Below, piece by piece: positions 48,952 to 59,022 of a DNA stretch of 64,000 nucleotides. Every line of letters starts with the position of its first letter. The first letter of the stretch is position 1. The notes under the pieces are model-generated. The model was not told where the DNA came from and made no database searches. It worked only from the letters and a program-made list of their open reading frames with translations. Made by a program: the position numbers and the translations under genes. Source of the stretch: Candidatus Latescibacterota bacterium (lineage in GTDB: Bacteria; Latescibacterota; UBA2968; GCA-2709665); assembly GCA_965226795.1 (NCBI GenBank), contig CBDDDZ010000005.1:1600001-1664000 (forward strand), read 5' to 3'.

Positions 48952-50736
48952 TTACCCGTGCCCGCCGCCGATGTATTGAAGTTGGTGGAGCCGGTGATAG
49001 ATGCCCCTTCGCGCCAACAGGGCTTCGTGTGTACCCGCTTCTCGAATTTCGCCTTTGTGAAGGACCAAAATCCGGTGGGCGCTCCGCACGGTTGAAATTC
49101 GATGCGCGATTACGATGGAAGTCCTCGATCGCATCAGTCTGCCCACCGCATCCTGAATCCAGGCCTCCGTTTCGGTGTCTACGCTGGACGTGGCTTCGTC
49201 CAGAACCAGAATATCGGGTTCAAATGCGATCGTCCGGGCAAAGGCCAGCAACTGGCGCTGTCCACCAGACAGTGTGCCGCCCCTTTCCGTGACGGCATGC
49301 CCGTATCCTGCGGGCAGGCGTCTGATAAACCGCTCCGCGTTTACGTCCCGCGCGGCCTGTTCGACTTTCTGCTGTGAGATCCGGGCGTTTCTCAGGCGGA
49401 TATTCGCTCTAATGTCCCCTGAGAACAAAAACACATCCTGTTGGACGACGCCAACGCGTCGCCTTAAAGCGTCGACGTCCCATTCCCGTATGTCGACCCC
49501 GTCAATTCGAATCCGCCCGCGTTGAACGTCATAAAATCTGCACAGCAGGTTGATTATGGTCGTCTTTCCGGAACCTGTCGCGCCGACAATGGCCAGCCGT
49601 TCCCCGGGTTTCACAAGGAACGAGACGTTTTTCAGTACCCATTCATCCTCGTTGTAGGCAAACCAGACGTTTGAGAATTCTATCTCGCCCCTGATCTTTT
49701 CCGGCCCTGCCTTACCAAGGCCGGGCTCCGGCTCTGTATCCAGGAGTTCAAATATCCGCTCTGACGACGCCATCGCCGCCTGCAGGATCGCGTACCGTTC
49801 AGCGACATCCAGAATGGGCCAGAAGAACCGCGGGATGTACTGCAGCATGGCGATCAGCGCGCCCCACTCGATCTGAGACCGGATCACTTCGTTGCTACCC
49901 TGCCAGATTACGAGCGCCGTGGCCACGGAGCCAAGCAACTGCATTATCGGAAAATAAAGCGAATAATAAAGCGTCGACTCCAGATTTGCGTTCAGGTATC
50001 GGCCGTTGATCCCGTCAAACCGATCCGCATGACGGCCTTCACGACCGAAAATCTGCACCACCGACATACCCGTGATGTTTTCCTGCAAATAGGCGTTCAA
50101 ACGTGCCAACCGGCTGCGTGCGAGGCGAAAAGCGCGCAACATGCGACCTTGGAACCAGAATGTTACGCCAAACATTACGGGCACCGTCGCGCAGACCAGC
50201 AGCGCCAGTGAAGCGTCCATGTAGAACATATACGCCATAATCGCGATCAGCGTGAAGATATCGCTGAACACGGCCACCACCCCATCCGTAAACAACTCGT
50301 TGAGCGCATCCACGTCGTTGGTGTTGCGGGTCATCAGGCGGCCAATGGGCGTGCGGTCGAAGAATCGTATGGGCAACCGCTGAAGATGCGCAAAAATCGC
50401 TTTTCGGATATCGTACATCACCCACTGTCCAACCATCTGGGTGACCATCCTCTGAGCCACGTCGGCCAGGAACTGAAACACAAGCAGCCCAACAAACACC
50501 AGCACGATCCGGTTCAGGCCCGCCAAGTCTCCCCGAAGGATATGGTCGTCCACGGCAATCTTGCTCAAATAGGGACCGGCCTGCCTGGCTCCCGACGTCA
50601 AGAGAATCAGAACAAAGGCCACAGTCACCCAGAGCGAATATGGCTTGAGATAACCCAGAAGGCGCCACATCAGCCGCGCATCGAACGGCTTCTGGGTTAC
50701 CTCTTCTTCGTGCATATCAGGGGTCGGATCAGGCAT
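48952..50736 (-). CDS. Heterodimeric ABC exporter subunit (MdlB/YheH-like)
   Basis: TMD plus NBD; GATGSGKT, LSGGQRQ, LDEATS. Confidence 0.93.
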   Translation of the reverse strand: MPDPTPDMHEEEVTQKPFDARLMWRLLGYLKPYSLWVTVAFVLILLTSGARQAGPYLSKIAVDDHILRGDLAGLNRIVLVFVGLLVFQFLADVAQRMVTQMVGQWVMYDIRKAIFAHLQRLPIRFFDRTPIGRLMTRNTNDVDALNELFTDGVVAVFSDIFTLIAIMAYMFYMDASLALLVCATVPVMFGVTFWFQGRMLRAFRLARSRLARLNAYLQENITGMSVVQIFGREGRHADRFDGINGRYLNANLESTLYYSLYFPIMQLLGSVATALVIWQGSNEVIRSQIEWGALIAMLQYIPRFFWPILDVAERYAILQAAMASSERIFELLDTEPEPGLGKAGPEKIRGEIEFSNVWFAYNEDEWVLKNVSFLVKPGERLAIVGATGSGKTTIINLLCRFYDVQRGRIRIDGVDIREWDVDALRRRVGVVQQDVFLFSGDIRANIRLRNARISQQKVEQAARDVNAERFIRRLPAGYGHAVTERGGTLSGGQRQLLAFARTIAFEPDILVLDEATSSVDTETEAWIQDAVGRLMRSRTSIVIAHRISTVRSAHRILVLHKGEIREAGTHEALLARRGIYHRLHQLQYIGGGHG

Positions 50737-50776
50737 TCAGGGTTCATTCTCCCCGGCAGCTGCGGATTCCGTCGGT

Positions 50777-52603
50777 TTAGATCTCTTCCAACTCGCGGGT
50801 CAGTTGCTGCCGCCGGTGCATGGCGGCATAGATGCCGGCATGGTTGATCAGTTCGTTGTGGGTGCCCCGTTCCGAAATCACGCCTTCATCCAGCACCACG
50901 ATCTGATCCGCGTCCTGGACGGTTGAAATGCGGTGCGCAATCAATATCGTGGTTCTGGCCGCCATGACCTCACGCAGGCGATTCAATATCATCTCTTCGG
51001 TCTGCGTATCGACGCTGGCGAGCGCATCATCCAGGATCAGAATCTCAGGTCGACGGATCACCGCCCGGGCCAACGCCGTCCGTTGTTTCTGGCCACCCGA
51101 CAACGTGACGCCACGCTCACCGATCACCGTTTCGATCCCCTGCGGGAAATTCGAAAGATCACTCGAAAGACCGGCGACGTCGCTCGCCCACAGTACGTCG
51201 GCCTCCGTTGCCCGGTCGCGCCCAAGGCAGATATTCTCGCGAAGCGAGTCCGAGAAAAGGAACGTATCCTGCGGCACAAAACCGATGGACGACCGGAGCG
51301 TAGCCAGCGGGATTTCATCCACCGGAATGCCATCGATCAGCACGGCGCCCCTCGTCGCCTGGAGCAGGCGAGGGATCAGCTGTACCAGGGTGGTCTTTCC
51401 CGATCCCACGCGTCCAACCAGTGCCAGCGTGCTGCCCCTGGGAATATGCAGATCGATGTTTTTCAATACCGGCACGCCATTGTACGAAAAGCTCAGATTC
51501 CGGAACTCGATCTCGCCGCGAAGCGACCCGACTGCCCTAACGTGGGCCGAATCCTGGATTTCGGGTGTTGTCGCGAGAATGTCTTCAATCCGCTTCATGG
51601 ACGCCAGGCCCCGCTGGTACCGGTCGATCATCCATCCCAATGTAATCATTGGGAAAATCAGCTTGGTCAAGTAGGCGTTGAACGCCACAAAATCCCCGAG
51701 AGTCAGCCGACCCTCGATCACATGCGCGCCGCCAACCCAGAGTATGACCGCCAGCGACGCGCCACTGATCAGAAGGGACAGCGGAAAAAGAAGGCTCTGA
51801 ATACGAATCAGCACGCGGTTCTTGACCAGGTAGTCCCGGCTCAGTTCGTCAAACGCGTCCATCTCCGCCCGCCCCTGGGCGAATGCCTTTACCACCCGGA
51901 TGCCGGACAGGTTTTCCTGAACGTGGGCGCTGATTCGCGAGAACTGTTCCTGCACGGACCGGAACCCGTGGTGGACCCTGCCGGCCAGACGGCTCATCAC
52001 CAGAGCCATCACGGGCATCGGTACCACTGCGAATATTGCCAGTTTCCAGTCGATCCAGCACATCACCAGCATGCTCAGGGTAAGGCCCAACACCGCGCCA
52101 AACAACATGCGTACACCAAACCCGAGAAACATACGGACGGCGTTCATGTCGTTGGTAGCCCGGGAAATCAGATCACCGGTCGGCGTCTGATGGAAATAGC
52201 TCAGAGACAGTCTCAACAAAGCCTTGAAATAATCCCGTCGAATATCGTACTCGACAAAACGCGAAACGCTGTTCAGGCGCCAGCGCATGCCCATTTCCAG
52301 CCCCATCTGCGCCAGCGCGAGCCCGAGGATCATCAATACCCAGAAAACAACCTGATCGCCCGCGCTTCCCTCCGACAGCTGAATCCCGCCCTGCGCGCCG
52401 TCCAAGCGTTCCTTTACCAGATCGACCGTCTCTCTCAACGCAAGCGGAATCGCGCTCGACGCCAGTTGGCCGATCGACAACAGCAGCAGACCCGTCAGGA
52501 TACGTCTGCTGTAGGGTTTCAGATACGTCCAGAAGGGTCTGAAGGGATTAAGCGTCATTGGCGAATCCGATGGACATTCTGTTTCGTTGTACCGAATTTC
52601 CAA
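50777..52603 (-). CDS. Heterodimeric ABC exporter subunit (MdlA/YheI-like)
   Basis: TMD plus NBD; GRVGSGKT, LSGGQKQR, degenerate Walker B LDDAL. Confidence 0.93.
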   Translation of the reverse strand: MEIRYNETECPSDSPMTLNPFRPFWTYLKPYSRRILTGLLLLSIGQLASSAIPLALRETVDLVKERLDGAQGGIQLSEGSAGDQVVFWVLMILGLALAQMGLEMGMRWRLNSVSRFVEYDIRRDYFKALLRLSLSYFHQTPTGDLISRATNDMNAVRMFLGFGVRMLFGAVLGLTLSMLVMCWIDWKLAIFAVVPMPVMALVMSRLAGRVHHGFRSVQEQFSRISAHVQENLSGIRVVKAFAQGRAEMDAFDELSRDYLVKNRVLIRIQSLLFPLSLLISGASLAVILWVGGAHVIEGRLTLGDFVAFNAYLTKLIFPMITLGWMIDRYQRGLASMKRIEDILATTPEIQDSAHVRAVGSLRGEIEFRNLSFSYNGVPVLKNIDLHIPRGSTLALVGRVGSGKTTLVQLIPRLLQATRGAVLIDGIPVDEIPLATLRSSIGFVPQDTFLFSDSLRENICLGRDRATEADVLWASDVAGLSSDLSNFPQGIETVIGERGVTLSGGQKQRTALARAVIRRPEILILDDALASVDTQTEEMILNRLREVMAARTTILIAHRISTVQDADQIVVLDEGVISERGTHNELINHAGIYAAMHRRQQLTRELEEI

Positions 52604-52729
52604 CTCTGGTTTGAAGACAGGCTGTCAGCCGTCACACCGCCCATCCAACCCAACCCCGGGCAAGACGTGAGACGAAAGACGTAAGCATATACAAAGCGCG
52701 AATGACCATCGGGGTCGGGTGTGGGGCCC

Positions 52730-53056
52730 CTATACGTCTGCGTGCCAACGGTAGACGTCCAGATCCACTTTCCCCTTCACGAATGTCACGCCTTCGGCCT
52801 CCAGGAGCTGTTCCTGGACCAAATGCGCCTTCCTGGCGCCAGCGCGAATCGACACCGTCCCCCGCGCGTTAATCACCCGATGCCACGGACAATTCGCGCC
52901 TGCCGGCAATGCCTTCAGCGCCTGCCCCACCTGCCTGGGGCCCACGCCCACGATCCCGGCAATCTGGCCGTAGGTGGCCACGGTACCTTCGGGAATCCTT
53001 CCGACCACCCGATAGATCCTTCGAAACGTACGCTCAAATTCCGGCATGCCTGGCAC
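52730..53056 (-). CDS. Alkyltransferase-like (ATL/YbaZ) protein
   Basis: IPEGTVATYGQIA, PWHRVIN (Trp in place of catalytic Cys). Confidence 0.9.
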   Translation of the reverse strand: MPGMPEFERTFRRIYRVVGRIPEGTVATYGQIAGIVGVGPRQVGQALKALPAGANCPWHRVINARGTVSIRAGARKAHLVQEQLLEAEGVTFVKGKVDLDVYRWHADV

Positions 53057-53101
53057 TACACTTCCGAAGACGATTGATCCCGCCAGATCCGGCCCCCTGA
53101 G

Positions 53102-54175
53102 CTAGGGACAGCCAGCCCGCGGCTTCCTTTCATCGACATCCCGCAACCATTCCGCCAAATATCCCGCAGGGTCCGCTTGCGACTCACATTCCATGAAGAG
53201 CCGGACGGCGGCCTTGATATTGTGACCGAGCGTCCGGTACACGCGATCGAAGATATCCGCTTTTTCGTGGTACGTTCGATAGGCCATTATCACGGCGTTA
53301 TTCAATCGTCGCCGCGGAAAACGAGAATACGCGTCGGACCTTAAATCTAAATTGGCAAACCGGTTTTTTGCCCGTTCAAATATGACCTCTCTCTCTTTTA
53401 GCTTCTCGTCATAGGAGAGTTCCGAGCCGTAGAGCGCTTTCAGTTCTTCCGCAACGGTGTGCATGAATCGATTGAACGTCCTTTCGTCGGACCGCATGTC
53501 CAACAGGACCCTTACAACGGCGGCCTCTTTTCCGTGACGCTTCTGCATGAACAACAAGGCGCCGGCCTCCCCCACAAAGGTCGCCATGTTTTCATTGAAG
53601 GAGACCTGGCCCGGAATCCAGACCGTCGCATGGGCCAACTCGTGGATGACGAGTTCGGCCAGGTTCCCGTCTCGATACCGGAGCATCGTGCTCAGGATCG
53701 AATCCTCAAACCAGCCCAGCGTGCTGTAAGCGCCTACGGAGCGCAGAGAAGTATCGTAGTTTTGCGCCTCAAGCCGATCCCGATCCTTTTTCGCCCGGTC
53801 CAGGTCAAAATAACCCCGGTAGGGAAATCGTCCCACTACCGGGTACGTCCATTGAACCGGCTCGAGCCGGTCCTTCGGCGACGCGGTCAGTTGCCACGAA
53901 ACCGGTCCTTCGCCGATATCGATATAGGTACTGTAATTCCGGGATCGGGCAAGCCCGATCCGTTTCTCCGCGAACCGTCGCACCTCCTGGATGAAATCGA
54001 GCCGTTCCCGAACGGTTGGATCCAAATCCGGCCGCGCCAGCAAACTCGAGATTGGCTGCCGGTTCCAGAGCAATTTCGCCTGGCCCCGGACAAGGTGCAA
54101 ATAGTATCCAAGTTCCGGATTCAAGCTGCAAATCAGGGGCAAGAGAACGATCATGGCCGAGCGGGACCGGCTCAT
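53102..54175 (-). CDS. Putative Zn aminopeptidase (DUF2265-like)
   Basis: FPYRGYFD, AYSTLGWFED, IHELAH, FNE, LNNA. Confidence 0.85.
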   Translation of the reverse strand: MSRSRSAMIVLLPLICSLNPELGYYLHLVRGQAKLLWNRQPISSLLARPDLDPTVRERLDFIQEVRRFAEKRIGLARSRNYSTYIDIGEGPVSWQLTASPKDRLEPVQWTYPVVGRFPYRGYFDLDRAKKDRDRLEAQNYDTSLRSVGAYSTLGWFEDSILSTMLRYRDGNLAELVIHELAHATVWIPGQVSFNENMATFVGEAGALLFMQKRHGKEAAVVRVLLDMRSDERTFNRFMHTVAEELKALYGSELSYDEKLKEREVIFERAKNRFANLDLRSDAYSRFPRRRLNNAVIMAYRTYHEKADIFDRVYRTLGHNIKAAVRLFMECESQADPAGYLAEWLRDVDERKPRAGCP

Positions 54176-54747
54176 TGCAACCGTTCCACATCCATGAAAT
54201 AGTAACAGATGATGTGCTGCAGAACCATATGCATGTCCTCAACCCTTCCCATGTGGTCCGACTCCACCACAACACAATCATGCGCCAGATCTTTCAACTT
54301 TCCGCCACCGAACCCTGAAAAACCGACTGTATGACAGCCCATCCCGTTTGCAAAACGCACGGCACGGAGTACGTTTTCGGAATTCCCGCTCCCGCTGATA
54401 GCCAGCAATACGTCCCCCGGTTCCGCGAAATTCCTCATCTGCTCCACAAACACGTCCTCGTAACCCAGGTCGTTGCTCAACGCCGTCATCCACTCCACGT
54501 TGTCGGTCAGGGGAATCACCTTGAAGCGGGTCTCGCGGCCGACCGATGCCCCCTTTCCCATATCGTTCACGAAGTGGGAGGCCGTACCGGCACTCCCTCC
54601 GTTCCCTATGGCAAAGATCCGCTTGCCGGAGTCCCTGGCCTCACGCATGAGCGCGATGACAGACGCGATATGCCTGGGATTCAACGATGCCAATAGTTTT
54701 TCGTTTTCCCGAATATATCTCGCGGCAAAGGATTCGACGGATTCCAT
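54172..54747 (-). CDS. SIS-domain phosphoheptose isomerase (GmhA-like)
   Basis: GNGGSAGTASH, NDLGYEDVF, ISGSGNSENV, VEDMH. Confidence 0.88.
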   Translation of the reverse strand: MESVESFAARYIRENEKLLASLNPRHIASVIALMREARDSGKRIFAIGNGGSAGTASHFVNDMGKGASVGRETRFKVIPLTDNVEWMTALSNDLGYEDVFVEQMRNFAEPGDVLLAISGSGNSENVLRAVRFANGMGCHTVGFSGFGGGKLKDLAHDCVVVESDHMGRVEDMHMVLQHIICYYFMDVERLQ

Positions 54748-54816
54748 GTGATTCTCCAATGTATCGACTCAATCTCTTTCGGGGCGTTGTTCAGGTATTC
54801 TCGCAGCACAGTCCGT

Positions 54817-55683
54817 TCAGCCACGTAAGTTTAGTCCCGCCGCCTGCCACGCGTCGTCCAGCCCTCGATGGGTCACGCGTACAGCTTCGGCCGCATCCAG
54901 CTCCCTCACCTTCCGGCTGAAGGGCTCTGGTGTTACGGGCCCGGCGTACCCGATCTCATTCAACACTTTCAAGAAACCCACCAGGTCGATTACGCCGGTC
55001 TCGGACGGGAGTGCGCGAATCTGATCCCTCTGTTCCTCCACGGCCACTCCTGCCGGCGCATCGTTCACGTGGACGTGGATAACGTCGTGCGGCGTGAGTC
55101 CCTTGAGGTCCGCAAGTGTTCCCAGCGAGGTATACCAATGCCAGCAGTCCAGCAACAGACCCGCATTTCCGGTTCCCAGCGCCTCACAGAATCCCAGCAT
55201 CCCCCCAATCGAATAGATAAACCCGTATTTTCTCCCGAGACGACTGGTTCGCGGTCCGATGAACTCCAGGCCAAGGCTGCACCCGTGGTCCTTCAACACT
55301 TCACATATCGGCCGGAAGCGGCTCAGGCACCATCGAAATTGCTCTCGAAAGGGCCGCTTATCGGAAGCGGGTGTAACCCACTGAGACACCCGGTACGCAC
55401 CCACCGATGCACCGGAGGCGGCATACTTCGGCAATGCCCGCAGATCACGTTCGAAATCCTCCTGAGGACCGTCCCAGACGACCGGCAATCCCCACGCACC
55501 GATCTTCAGACCAGCATCGGAAAACAGCCCTCTGACGTAGTCTGCACCCCCCTCATCCGCAAGCCGCGCCACCTCGCGGATGTTAACGTCCAGACCTTGA
55601 AATCCCCCGTTCTTTGCATACACCAGTCCTTCCGCGAGCGTCGCGTTGACCCCGATGGCGCCCGGCGCCAGGCACTTGAACAT
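54817..55683 (-). CDS. Sugar phosphate isomerase/epimerase (TIM barrel)
   Basis: GLEFIGP, LLDCWHW, HVHVNDA, GYAGPVTPEPF. Confidence 0.85.
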   Translation of the reverse strand: MFKCLAPGAIGVNATLAEGLVYAKNGGFQGLDVNIREVARLADEGGADYVRGLFSDAGLKIGAWGLPVVWDGPQEDFERDLRALPKYAASGASVGAYRVSQWVTPASDKRPFREQFRWCLSRFRPICEVLKDHGCSLGLEFIGPRTSRLGRKYGFIYSIGGMLGFCEALGTGNAGLLLDCWHWYTSLGTLADLKGLTPHDVIHVHVNDAPAGVAVEEQRDQIRALPSETGVIDLVGFLKVLNEIGYAGPVTPEPFSRKVRELDAAEAVRVTHRGLDDAWQAAGLNLRG

Positions 55684-55855
55684 GAGGTCCTCCATTGTCC
55701 GTTAAATCCAGGGGAAACTGTGGTGCGCGGTCAGCCGGACCGGCGTCCGCATTTGATTTGCCGCCGCCGCCCAAAGCCTGGTACGGTAAACCGAATGGCC
55801 AATCCGGCGCGAACCGGCCGGGGCAGGACAACGTACAGTATTCCGAATACCGCGA

Positions 55856-56953
55856 TCAATCCAACGCCACGCCGTGCGCTTCCAGCATTTCCGGGTTCAA
55901 TTCCACCCCGAGGCCAGGACGTCGGCCAGGGCGGATGCGGCCATTGACGATCTCCTCCGAAGGGACGGTCAACTCGCTTCGCCACGGTATCTCGCCCCAA
56001 CCATATTCCAGAATCAAAAAACCGGGGTGCGTGGCCATTACCTGCATCCCGGCGCTTATGGCGACCGGTCCGAACGGACCGTGCGGCGCCGTGGGTACGC
56101 CAAACGTCTCTGCCATCTCCGCGATCGCTCTCAGTTCCGCGATACCCCCCACAACCGTCACGTCCGGCATGACCACATCCATCGCGGCGTTTTCCAGAAC
56201 TTCCCGAAATCCACCGCGCAACATTCGCTGTTCGCCGCCGGCGGTCCGCAATCCACAACGTCTGTTCACCTCGACGACGGCGTCCAAGTTATCTTCTGAA
56301 ACGGGCTGTTCGAACCAATAGAGATCCAATTCACGCAGCACGTCGGCGGTCTCGAGGGCTCCCTTGACGGTAAAATGGCTGTGGCAGTCGACCAGCAGAT
56401 CCACGTCCGGCCCGACCGCCTGGCGTACAGCCTGTACGCGAGCGATGCCCAACCCCGCTTCCACGGCAGAGTCTATATTGCGCGGCATCTCGTCAAACGG
56501 CGCCAATTTGACGGCATCGAAACCCTCGGCGGCTGCCCCGGCCGCGAGCGCCGCGAATTTCTCCGGGCTACGATCCGGCGACGCCCTGTTGATGTTGGCG
56601 TAGAGACGGATTTCCTCTCTTACCGCGCCTCCCAGCAATGTGTAAACCGGTGCGTCGAGCACCTTTCCCAGAAGATCCCACAGCGCCTGCTCCAGTGCGC
56701 TAACCGCGCTGATCATATCTCTGTCAGACCCAATCCTCGAAAATCTGTGTGAAAAATCCCGAATCTGCCGGGGATCCCGGCCAAGCAGCCATTCGGCCAG
56801 CTCCTTTGTGGCCCGTATGCGCCCGGCGTAGTTCCGGCCCGCGCGCAACTCTCCGAGGCCGCGAAGTCCCTCGTCAGTATTGATGTATACAAAGACCCAG
56901 TCACCCAGGTGGTTCACTCTCACGGCTACAAGATCGACACCTGTAATCTTCAT
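55856..56953 (-). CDS. Mandelate racemase/acid-sugar dehydratase family enzyme
   Basis: ALWDLLGK, KLAPF, VDCH, WFEQP, GGE, APH, PGLGV. Confidence 0.9.
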   Translation of the reverse strand: MKITGVDLVAVRVNHLGDWVFVYINTDEGLRGLGELRAGRNYAGRIRATKELAEWLLGRDPRQIRDFSHRFSRIGSDRDMISAVSALEQALWDLLGKVLDAPVYTLLGGAVREEIRLYANINRASPDRSPEKFAALAAGAAAEGFDAVKLAPFDEMPRNIDSAVEAGLGIARVQAVRQAVGPDVDLLVDCHSHFTVKGALETADVLRELDLYWFEQPVSEDNLDAVVEVNRRCGLRTAGGEQRMLRGGFREVLENAAMDVVMPDVTVVGGIAELRAIAEMAETFGVPTAPHGPFGPVAISAGMQVMATHPGFLILEYGWGEIPWRSELTVPSEEIVNGRIRPGRRPGLGVELNPEMLEAHGVALD

Positions 56954-56962
56954 TCGACCGAC

Positions 56963-58030
56963 CTATGCCCGATAGACTTCGGCGACGCGCGATGCGATCC
57001 GTTGCCAGTCCAGCGATTTTGCGCGCGCAAACGCCGCGCAGCCCGCCCGTCCGAGGTCACGCCGTCTGATGTCGAGTAGCGCCTTCGACAGTGCCCCGGT
57101 ATCTTTAGGGTCGTATAATATACCCATCGAGTCGTCGACCAGCTCCGGCAGGCACCCGAGCGCCGGCACAATTACCGGTTTGCCGAAAGAAAGAGCAGCG
57201 ATTACAGATCCGGACGTCAGCACCTCTGAAAATGGCAGCACGACAACGTCCGCGGCATTCAAGTAGATCTGAAAATCCTCATTTGGAAAAAAAGGGTGAG
57301 TAAACACATGAATGCGTTCATCCAATTCCGCTAGGGTGATTACCCGATCGGCGTGACTTCCGTCGAAAGCCCTTCGGGTCATGATGGCCAGACGCGTGTC
57401 GGCGGCCGCACATTCCCGATAGGCGTCGACCAGCTCTTCGATTCCCTTATAGACCCTGGCATTTCCAAAAAACAGATATACGAACGCGTCCCCCTGCAAC
57501 CGCAGCTTCCGCCGGGCTGTCTCCCGAGAGATCTCATTGGGAAAAATATCGATATAGTGGCCATGTGGAATGACGTGCAGATGACCGGTACGATAAAACA
57601 GCTTGCGCGCAAGACTGGCACCGTAGTGGCAATGCACAATCATTCCGTCCGCCAACCGCCCCACGATCAACCGTGCCAGATGATCCAGATCCGGAAACGG
57701 CCGCTCGTGCGGATACCTGTTGTGCAATGTCCAAACAACCCGGTACCCAAGTTCCTTGGCAAAGTGTAAATTGTCCGCAAAACGGTTGAGCCGGGAAACC
57801 GATTGCTCCAGGGTGTCATCCCGGTAGAACCAGTGAAGCCAATTCAGGTGTAACACGGAGTAATCGTTTCGCGAGTCTTTCAGCCAATCCCGCCGGAACG
57901 CGTAATCGCCCAGTTCGAGGTGGATATCCAGCTTCGCCAAATCGTGAGCAAGCAGCGGCCCATAGGGATTGCATTTGTCCTGAAGCGCCAGACCGCCGGC
58001 GGCGGCTTCCCAGAAAAAGAAAGCCCGCAT
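56963..58030 (-). CDS. Glycosyltransferase family 4
   Basis: WTLHN..PH, FFGNARVYKGIE, ADVVVLPF...TSGS..AALSFGKPV. Confidence 0.85.
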   Translation of the reverse strand: MRAFFFWEAAAGGLALQDKCNPYGPLLAHDLAKLDIHLELGDYAFRRDWLKDSRNDYSVLHLNWLHWFYRDDTLEQSVSRLNRFADNLHFAKELGYRVVWTLHNRYPHERPFPDLDHLARLIVGRLADGMIVHCHYGASLARKLFYRTGHLHVIPHGHYIDIFPNEISRETARRKLRLQGDAFVYLFFGNARVYKGIEELVDAYRECAAADTRLAIMTRRAFDGSHADRVITLAELDERIHVFTHPFFPNEDFQIYLNAADVVVLPFSEVLTSGSVIAALSFGKPVIVPALGCLPELVDDSMGILYDPKDTGALSKALLDIRRRDLGRAGCAAFARAKSLDWQRIASRVAEVYRA

Positions 58031-58033
58031 CGT

Positions 58034-58978
58034 TCAATATCCCTTTTCTTTGTCGATCACGCTCAACAATGGCTGTCCGGCGCCTAACCGTTTCAGATTT
58101 TCACAGAACAGGTTCACAATGCGATCCTGCCGGTTGGGCGACCCCCCGGCGGTATGCGGGGTAATCAGCACGTTATCCAGTTTCCACAGCGGATGGTCCG
58201 GGGGGAGTGGCTCAACGGGCGCGACATCCAGCCCCGCACCTGCGATCATTCCTTTCGCCAGTGCTGCGACCAGCGCATTTTCATCCATTATTCCCCCGCG
58301 CGTAACGTTGATCAGCAGCGCACTGGTTTTCATGGAACGAAACGCGTTTTCGTCGAACATACCCCGGGTCTCCGGCGTGAGGGGCGCGCAAACGGCCACA
58401 ACGTCGGACAATGTCAGAAGGTCGTGAAACCGATCCATCTTCCAGCAGGATGCCACGCATGCGGGTACGTCCACGTCTTCTGGATCCACCGCCACCACCC
58501 GCATTCCGAACGCGCTCGCCCTGATGGCGAGTTCACGCCCTGTACCGCCCAGACCCACGATTCCCATTGTCAGGTCGACCAGTTCCCAACTCGCGTTCCG
58601 GATCGCCATCCGCTGGTCCCACCCGGGCATCCGTACGGCCCAGGCGATACCCCGCGAGAGCCCCAGCAACAACGCCATGGCGTGTTCCGCCAGATGCACG
58701 CCAACCGTTCCTCGACCGCTTGTCAATACAACATTGCTGTCCACAAACGCTTTGAATAACTGGCCATCGACACCGGCGCCCCAGGTCTGTACCCACCGCA
58801 ATCGCTCCGCCCGACGGAACATGCCCGGACTCAGGCTGCCAAAAACAACCTCCGCCTGTGGCATGACCATCAGTAATTCAGCTTCGGATTCCGGCATCAC
58901 CAATTCAACACCTTCAACCGCCGACCGAATCTGTTCCCTATGGTGATCCGCCAGCTCCACGCGCAACAGTATTTTCAT
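58034..58978 (-). CDS. D-2-hydroxyacid dehydrogenase
   Basis: GAGVD, GLGGTG, PLTPETRG, INVTRG, LDV..EP, TPHTAG. Confidence 0.93.
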   Translation of the reverse strand: MKILLRVELADHHREQIRSAVEGVELVMPESEAELLMVMPQAEVVFGSLSPGMFRRAERLRWVQTWGAGVDGQLFKAFVDSNVVLTSGRGTVGVHLAEHAMALLLGLSRGIAWAVRMPGWDQRMAIRNASWELVDLTMGIVGLGGTGRELAIRASAFGMRVVAVDPEDVDVPACVASCWKMDRFHDLLTLSDVVAVCAPLTPETRGMFDENAFRSMKTSALLINVTRGGIMDENALVAALAKGMIAGAGLDVAPVEPLPPDHPLWKLDNVLITPHTAGGSPNRQDRIVNLFCENLKRLGAGQPLLSVIDKEKGY

Positions 58979-59022
58979 ACGTTCGTCTCGGATCCGGAAT
59001 GTGAGATTGCCGGTCGTTCCGG

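Noticed and set aside
50933..52684. 583-aa plus-strand ORF
   Set aside because: Antisense shadow of the ABC exporter gene.
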